A stretch of 64,000 nt of DNA, taken from Chrysomallon squamiferum (Eukaryota > Animalia > Mollusca). Of the stretch, positions 55,787 to 64,000 are shown one piece after another. The notes below the pieces were generated by a model, which saw only the letters and a list, made by a program, of their open reading frames with translations, was not told the origin of the DNA and searched no databases. The position numbers were made by a program, and so were the translations under genes. The stretch spans positions 11,098,001-11,162,000 of the forward strand of contig CM022668.1 of the NCBI GenBank assembly GCA_012295275.1, given 5' to 3'. How positions within the stretch are numbered: position 1 is the stretch's first letter; each line of letters opens with the position of its first letter.

Positions 55787-58700
55787 TCTCCCGAACTTCA
55801 TTACTACATAACATCAGAACAAGTTAGGAATCAAATTTATCATTCAATGCTTTCTTCAGAATTACACTTTCAATGCTAGTAAACTAAATGTTTGCAAATA
55901 TTTCAAAGTTATATTAAATGAAATATTGCACTGTGCATAATTCTTGAAATATTTTTCAAACGAAGTATCTTTTACGACTGTACCAACGAGGGCTTTTCAG
56001 CAAACTAGGTGTAACGTTCACTATATCAAGTGTAACCGTCGCTGAACTGTTGAATTAATTATTTAAATGTTTTATTTGTTATTTATTTATTTCTTCTCCT
56101 TTTTCTTTCTATTTATTTATTTATTTAATTAAATTCAGATGCATGCAACAAAAAGTGCTTACACGGCGGCACTTTGAACGAAGATAAATGTAGGTGTTCT
56201 TGTATGAACAACTGGGAAGGCAACGCATGCAGTAAGTGTATTTGATAATCAGTTGACTTTTTAATTCTTAGCCAACATAAACAGTTTTATCTTTCTAATG
56301 ATATGCACTATATATATTACATAGATAATTATTACTGTATTTAAAGAAAATAATACAGTTTCAGTAGACGTTTCTAAAAAAAAATGTCAGTTTGAAGATT
56401 TCTCATATCAATAAAGTTACTCATCGTAGAAATTAGAGACGGAAAAAAATAAAAATAATAAAATAAAAATAATAATATGTAAAATTAAAAACTACTACTA
56501 CTACTAAAAAAAAAATAATAATAATAAAAAGAAAAACAAGAAGAAGAAATTGACTTCTTAACTTTTTTTCAAGACGACACTTTATTCCTTTTACTATTTC
56601 TAATGAATTACCCTACATCCATTACATCGATAATTATCACTGTGTAAGAAAATAATACAGTTTCAGCAGATCTTTACAGATTCGGAACACTTCTCTTATC
56701 GATAAAGTTAGTCGATGTAGAAAGACAGATTTAAAAACAAAAAGAAAAAGAAACAAAGAAAAAAGAGAAACAAATCAGCATTGTTACGGTAAATAATAGT
56801 GAATTATTCCAAACTATTCACTACAAAAATATTTAAATAATTATAATGTATTTATTTATTTGAATGCAGGGACGTGTAATGAGAACTGTTTTCACGGCGG
56901 CACATTCACAATAAGCAACTGTAGCTGTTCCTGTCCTGGAAAGTGGGGAGGAAAATCATGTAGTAAGAGTATTTGAGTACCTAGCTGACTTTTTGTTTTC
57001 TTTGCAAATGTGAATTAAAAATATATAATATGAAATTAATAGAAAACCCGTCACTTCTAGATTTCTGCAGTATGCTTAATTCAAGAGTATTTTCAAATAG
57101 GCAGTTTCTGTATATAGTGTATTTTGTTCTGTTAGGTAGTGCTTCCAGTCCTTATTAATAACAAAGTAAGATGATCATCTTTTATCAGAATTTTGCAAAC
57201 CTCAAATGAATTCACTTAAGTATTTACATCATTCTTAGTTTATCTTCATATGTTTACTTTTAAACGTCAAACATTATTGTTAGTAAGGATTCGTCGCCGA
57301 TATTTGGGCAAGAAAAATGGAGAGAAAAAAAAATAATAAAAACAATTAATAATAATAATAAAAACTAGTCTTCCTAATAGATTCTCTGTGAATCTTCTTT
57401 GTCTTGGTGTCATTTAACATAAAAATAAAACTGTAAACATATCAGTTGCTAGATGTAGGAAATTCACGTGTATGCAACGAGGATTGTCTTCCTGGCGGCG
57501 TGTTGAATGAAAGTGACTGTACTTCTTCTTGTATCAACTACTGGATAGGAGATACATGTGGTAAGCATATTTGATAGTTGAAATATTACTTATTTGCAAA
57601 GATCTATACAAATTAATTTAAAAATAAAAAATTTAAAATTATAAAATGTAGATCTCCTCGTCTCTCATAGACTCATTCTAAAAGTTATTATAATTGTATT
57701 GCAAGACAGAAATTAACCGAGTCTGTCTTACTCAAATCTGAGATGTTAATATGACGTAAAGTTAGAGTGTGACAAGATATTAGTGATGATCTAATTTTAA
57801 AACAACATGTTTGTAAATAAACTTACAACAAGAAAGCAGTATTTGTGTCTCTCTTATTTAGAATATTTATCTGAAACTAAAGTTTGTTTCATGTTCGCTG
57901 TCACAGTAATACATTACCGCATTTAATTCTGTTTTTTTTTCACTCTGGTTTTAGCCATGTATCATGTTTTGCATTGGCCCCATAAGCCCTAACTTCACGA
58001 CAGAAGGATGATAGCAACACTCATGTATTTTTCAGAAGCAGACTTTTGTTGTTTAACTTCAGTGACACTCTTTCAGTTATTAATCATATTAATAAACATT
58101 TTTTTAGTTTTCGTAGATATCTGATGCTGTATGAATAATAAATAAAAATTGATTCAATTCTATTCTTACAGATGAATGCAGTCTAGTCTGCCAAAATGGC
58201 GGTGTGTTGAATACGATATCTTGCACATGTACGTGCAAAGAAGACTACTACGGGGATAAATGTGAGCTAAGTAAGTACTTTTATTAGAAAAATCATAGAA
58301 AGCAAACAAACCGAAAAACAAGAAACATCATAATATATGTATGAATCCATGTATGTATGTATGTATGTGTGTATGTATGTATGTATGTATGTATGTATGT
58401 ATGTATGTATGTATGAATCTATATATGTATGTATGTACGTATATTTCTTCTAAAATATTCATCACAGCCAAGTGATAAATGTTATTTTCATAGCTTCATT
58501 TTTCACCACACTACCCTAGATTTAAAAACATAATACGAGAGAAAACACATCATATTATTAATGTAACGAGACATAAAGCAGTTCGTAACATTAATGTTGC
58601 CAAACATAAAACACATAATGGCATTAATGTAAAGACACATAAAACACACCAAAACATTAATGTGACGAGACAAAAAACACATCATAACATTAATGTCTGA

Positions 58701-59325
58701 CGCATCTGAAAGTAAGTGCGTTAGTAGAAAATAACAGTTTATTTTCTATGTTGATAATGAATATATCTCTATCACAGGTACTCAAACATAAACACACACA
58801 AAATCACACACACACATACACAAACACACATTGTGAAATAGACATGCTTGTTATTCGTGTACAGACGCTTTCCAGATAATAGAGAAAGAGTGTAGAGGTT
58901 CTGGAATGTTGTGGTTCTGGTGTGTAAAAACCTGTCAGTTACGTCAGAATGGTAAGTTGATATGTGTAAATAAACAATAGTGAAATACATGCGTATATAT
59001 ATAACACAATAAGCAGGATGGACGTATTTTTCTCTGTACTACCTGTAAATGAAAGTGTTTAAATGTGATAAATATTCTTTCTTCAGTTCTTTTTGTATTC
59101 TCTTCAGTTCGTATTTGCATCCAGAGTAGACCTCAGGCTTCTTATCAGAAATTATTTATTTCATTTGTTTGTTTTCTATTTACTGTGATAGGCGTGGCGT
59201 GCAAGGACAGACAAGAAGAAAAGTGTCGCCATTTTAAAGAACATGCGTTTGACGAAGCCACTCACATGTTCTGTTATGAACGTGAGTCCTATGAGTGTCG
59301 ACACCTCTGTTTGTATTCAGAATAA
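53839..59325 (+). pseudogene. Copy C: PAN-EGF-ShK family pseudogene (chimeric)
   Basis: Exons 53839-53923 (signal), 54752-54990 (PAN, 239 nt, -1 frameshift), EGF 55467-55559, 56139-56231, 56870-56962, 57468-57560 (acceptor AG>AC, Cys>Ser), 58172-58270, ShK1 5'-truncated 58876-58951 (last Cys>Arg), ShK2 59192-59325. The final donor/intron/UTR exon is deleted. Confidence 0.8.
58545..58700. repeat. 33-bp minisatellite, ~5 units
   Basis: ATTAATGT recurs at 58557, 58590, 58623, 58656, 58689. Confidence 0.75.
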
Positions 59326-60186
59326 ACAATACTATTAGTGATAATGATTATTATAATAAAACATATTTTAAAAAATAAAACATAAATCAAGAAATAAATA
59401 AGTATACAAATGAATGAATGAAGAAATAAATAAATAAATACGTAAACAAATTAAAAAGTGTATGTAAATAATTAAACAACGAATGAATGGATGAATGAAT
59501 GAATAAGTGTAGTGTAACGCAGTAAGTAAATACATAAGTGCACTTTCACTCATACATATTATCATCACCTTCTTTGGGATGTTACTACTACTACTACTAT
59601 TACTACTACTACTACCACTACTATTACTACTGCTACTACTTCTGCTGCTGCTAGTACTAGTACTTGTTCTTTATTTTATTTATTTTATCTATATTTTATA
59701 TTCATGTTATTCGACTGTGCAGGTTTTAGAAATACATGTATAATTGTCAGTAAATAAATATATAAACAAACACATAAACAAATAAGTGCAACGAAAATAC
59801 TCAAATTGTATATAAGGGAAATAACTCTCATTTAAACAGGAAAATATACAGGAAGAATTAAGACGACAAATTTCAGTATGACTTCCTGTCATATCTCATT
59901 TTTCTAAATATTATCTACGTTATATAAGATGAACGTTGGACAGTTTAATATTATTTATTCATTTACTTACATACTTACTTACTTCCTTACTTATTTACTT
60001 GCCTACTTACTTATTTTTGTATTTATTTATTTATCCATTTATTTATAGGGGTATGCGTAGTTACTTCCGAAACTGACTGATTGAAACTAATACTGCCGAC
60101 AAAATATATTTAAATCAGTATCCTTGTAATAATAAAGGTTTAAGAGGCAGAATTTTAATATTAATGTAGGGAAATAATTCTTGATT

Positions 60187-60298
<112 letters not shown>

Positions 60299-60861
60299 AA
60301 CATAAGGACACATATACAAACACACACAAACACAGACACATAAACACACACTCAAAAACACACACACAAACACACACACACATACACACATACACACTCA
60401 CACACTCTAAAATAGATGTGTCTGTTACGCGTGTACAAACGCTTTCTCACCAAGATGTTTGATAATAACAAGAAGAAGAAGAACAACAACAACAACAACA
60501 AGTAGAAAAAGAAAGAAATAAACCAGAAAACAAGGAACTAAAAAAAGAAATAAACAGTCTCTTCTCCATTTTGCTAGATTTCTTAATATTTTAGCTTATT
60601 ACTTTGGATTTGATCAGATATGACTTTGCTTTCATTTGTGATTTCACACAAACATTTTTCGGGTTGCAGTGATGACGCATCAGATAATAGAGAAAGAGTG
60701 TCAGCATCTCTGTGTGTATTCAAAATAAACAAAGTCCTTTCTCTAAGGTATTGTTTTTCTTTACTCTGTTTTTATTAGTTAATTATTTTGTAGATTAATT
60801 ATATAGAAACCAATAAAAATTTGAAATATTATAAAGTCATTTTTTTTATTAAATTTTGTTT

Positions 60862-60953
<92 letters not shown>

Positions 60954-60998
60954 TGATTGTTTTCTTTTTATTTTATTTATAAATGTTATCATTATATA

Positions 60999-61041
<43 letters not shown>

Positions 61042-62778
61042 ACTAGAAAGAACAAAATGAAAGAAAAGAAAATGAAACTACATACATTCATTATATGTTA
61101 TTCACTATGGTAACTTTTCATTTATTTATTTCTTTTCTTCCTATAAATTAAATAAGTTATCTTTATTATTATTATTCTTGTTGTTATTTTTATTGCTTTT
61201 TGCTGTGTTTTATTTGTTTTATCTTGTTTTAGTTTCATATTTAAATTTTGCTCGTTTACATTTTTAAGTGTCAGCTTTGCGTAATTATGAGAGCAGTATT
61301 AATATAAGTAATAATTATACAAAAAGCTATATGTTTGTTTCAATATTTGTATGTGTGTGTGAGTGCCTCATGCATGTATGTCTGGCTTTACCTTTGTATG
61401 CACATGGGTATGTATATAAGCATGTACATGTACATGCATTTATATGTGTGTGTATGTATTGTATTTGAATATATTATTGTGTTACATTATTAACGAGAAT
61501 CTGTATATAAATAATGTTTATGGAACATACATTAGTTGATTACAAGTCCAATGTATTCTACAAGATAATTCTGAAACATTTTTAACAAGTTATTTAATAG
61601 CTTAGGGCAATCATAACGACTCGAGAAGCAAAATGTCGTGCCTTCACATAGATTGTATTCGTGAACACATTGGTAAACGAAGATAACTTCCATCATGCGT
61701 ATCTGTGTATCTATCTATCTACCTATCTATCTGTATGTGTGTGTGTGTGTGTGTGTGTGTCTGTGTGTGTTTGTGTGTTAATACTAATCAGATTGCTTTA
61801 TTATTATGGTTCCAGTGCTATAACAAATAGTTTCTTCGCTTGATAAGTTATGCTTTCATTCAGTCTATATAGTTATAAGAAAATCATTTCATATCTAATT
61901 AATTTATTTGTTTCTCATACAGTTTCTTCTTTCCGTTAATATGCAGTGACCTGAAATATATTACCAATATCAAATAACAATATTATACCCAACCAGACAC
62001 AAATTATAATATTATACAAACATATAATATTTATACTTATTTATAATATGTGCGATGTCGATGGTGAAATTTTATGATGATGATGCCAAGATCATAATAA
62101 TAACTAACAAACACACATATATACAAAAACGTAAAATAGAATATTCATTCGTGAATACATACAAATACGTACGTATATATATAAGTACAAAGATGAATAC
62201 ATACATTCAAACATACACACATCACATACATAAATAGAACATTAATAATAATAATAATAATAACAATAATGATCATATTAATAATAGTAATGACAATATG
62301 TTTGCTATTTATTTATTTTATTTTATTATTCGTTTCTTTCAAATACAATGGGGAATGCTGCTTTGGAACATATTAAAATTATTATTTAAATACCATACAA
62401 AGAATGATACAAAGAATATATTAAAATGTAAACAAGTGAATGATACAATGCATATGTTTTGATATGCAATAAAATAAGTATGTATCCAATATATTTCAAA
62501 TGTAAAAGTTTAATATGTAATAATATTAAAACGTTATTCAAAGTATTAATATACGTAAAAACAGTATAAAAAACTCTAATATTAATATTCTCAAAAACAA
62601 CATATTTCAAATGTAAAATTACTAAAACTTACATATCTATTTAATTAAAATGTAATTGTATTGTAAGTCGTATAAACAATACAATATAATAGTTAATACA
62701 TAGACTTTTAATTCAATTAGAATAGCATCAAAAAATCAGCATATAAACAGTGTATTTCAAATATTCGTTTGTTTGTAG

Positions 62779-62868
62779 ATAAATGCAATCCACTGTGTCT
62801 AAACGGCGGAACATTTAACGAAGACTGTAGCTGCTCCTGCTCAGGAAAGTGGACAGGGAAATCCTGCA
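62779..62868 (+). pseudogene. Orphan intact EGF-like exon, duplicate of 21683-21772
   Basis: DKCNPLCLNGGTFNEDCSCSCSGKWTGKSC with intact splice sites; D-type ShK2 fragment at ~63125-63205. Confidence 0.7.
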
Positions 62869-63454
62869 GTAAGTGTAACTCGATATAATGTTAGTGCAAA
62901 GGGAATGATAAGTAGCTTAATGCTAAAATAAGCAAACGAACATAAAGACGTTCATTTCCTCCGAATTTTTGCATTACAGGTGTTTTCTTATATGTGTGAG
63001 CATTTACGGGATGCATGTTGCTCGTGAATCGATGCATATGTTTTGCGATGAACACCACAATTAATATTATTAGTATTATTAGTATTATTGATATTATTAT
63101 TGTTATTATTATTATTATTATGTCACTGAAAGGACCACGTCTGAACAGAAATGAGCATTTGAGTGAACATTTACTCAGACATGTTTCATTAGAGGCCTTA
63201 CACGTTTAATTATATTTTTATCTATTTTAATTTTCATCACGTTACTTCACTAACAATTAAAAGTATAAAATACTTTACTGATGTCACTTTTGTCACTCTT
63301 TCTTTTACTTTTTCGTTTATTATTTGCTTATTTCAGCATCTTCTTTGTTCACAATATTATTTATTTATTAATTTATTTTTTTACTTTTTTTCTACCTGTA
63401 GAAGAATCATACGCATATATACTTCGATTTGATTTTGGGTTTTTTCTTTCGCTT

Positions 63455-64000
63455 CTTGCTACACATGAAGGCCAGCAGTGAACCATACTGTACTCTGTAG
63501 ATCAGTTTTTGTGCCATACTGCTTCTAATGGAGAGTTGTTGTACTTACCCAGAAGTCTGCCTCAGCTGTGCAGTTTTGGATGATAAACCCAGTCCTCTGT
63601 TCTGTTTTTCCACACGAGAACATGGAAGAAGATATCAGCCGGAACCTCCTAAGCATCTGTTGGTTCTAATCATTGTGTCCAGTGCTTAATCGGAAAATGG
63701 TGACTTGTTCGTGGCGGGAGAGCAGGTGATGGTCATCGGTTTGTTTGGCAGGTCTATAGAGAGATTTAGTACGAGATATCTTCTCTTCATATGTCACCCA
63801 GTTATCCTCCTGTTCATTACTTGCACCTGCTTTTGCAGGTTTCTCTGCATTCTTATTGCCACAGTGAGCTTGGTTGACACTACTGATAGGGTGTAGCTCT
63901 TCTGAAACCCTGTCTATCTTGTTATTTTCAAGAGACTGGGGGACAGAGACTGCCACTGTGAGGAAGACAACATGTCAGCAGTTATCTCTTAATCTGATGG
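63455..64000 (-). mobile_element. Same LINE 3' fragment, duplicated
   Basis: ORF 63666-63956 AHCGNKNAEKPAKAGA...LSRHEQVTIFRLSTGH; near-identical to 22545-23070. Confidence 0.75.

Overview
AT-rich, microsatellite-dense animal genomic DNA (spliceosomal GT-AG introns; a lophotrochozoan such as a mollusc is my guess from repeat content, not a proven assignment). Nearly all ORFs in the supplied track are low-complexity artefacts. The real content is a tandem/inverted array of one multi-exon gene family. It encodes a secreted cysteine-rich protein: signal peptide, PAN/apple-like domain, a variable number of 31-aa EGF-like repeats, then two ShK-like domains. Every internal coding exon is phase 1-1. 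Copy A (+, 14266-17901) reconstructs as an intact 346-aa protein. Copy B (+, 36759-40181) is intact except for one missing A in a homopolymer. Copy C (+, 53839-59325) is a chimeric pseudogene. Copies D (-, ~2270-5728) and E (+, 45748-~48300) are pseudogenes of a divergent subfamily that appears to carry extra decayed PAN exons. Further orphan or decayed exons are scattered through the window. The most striking signal: A and B are almost identical in their EGF/ShK exons but differ at 18 of 80 residues in the PAN exon, clustered in three patches that also vary in C and D. This suggests a diversifying recognition or effector system. Also present: RNase H-type LINE 3' ends, an L2/CR1-like fragment, SINE-like heads, segmental duplications and a 200-N gap. 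All coordinates and counts were read by hand.
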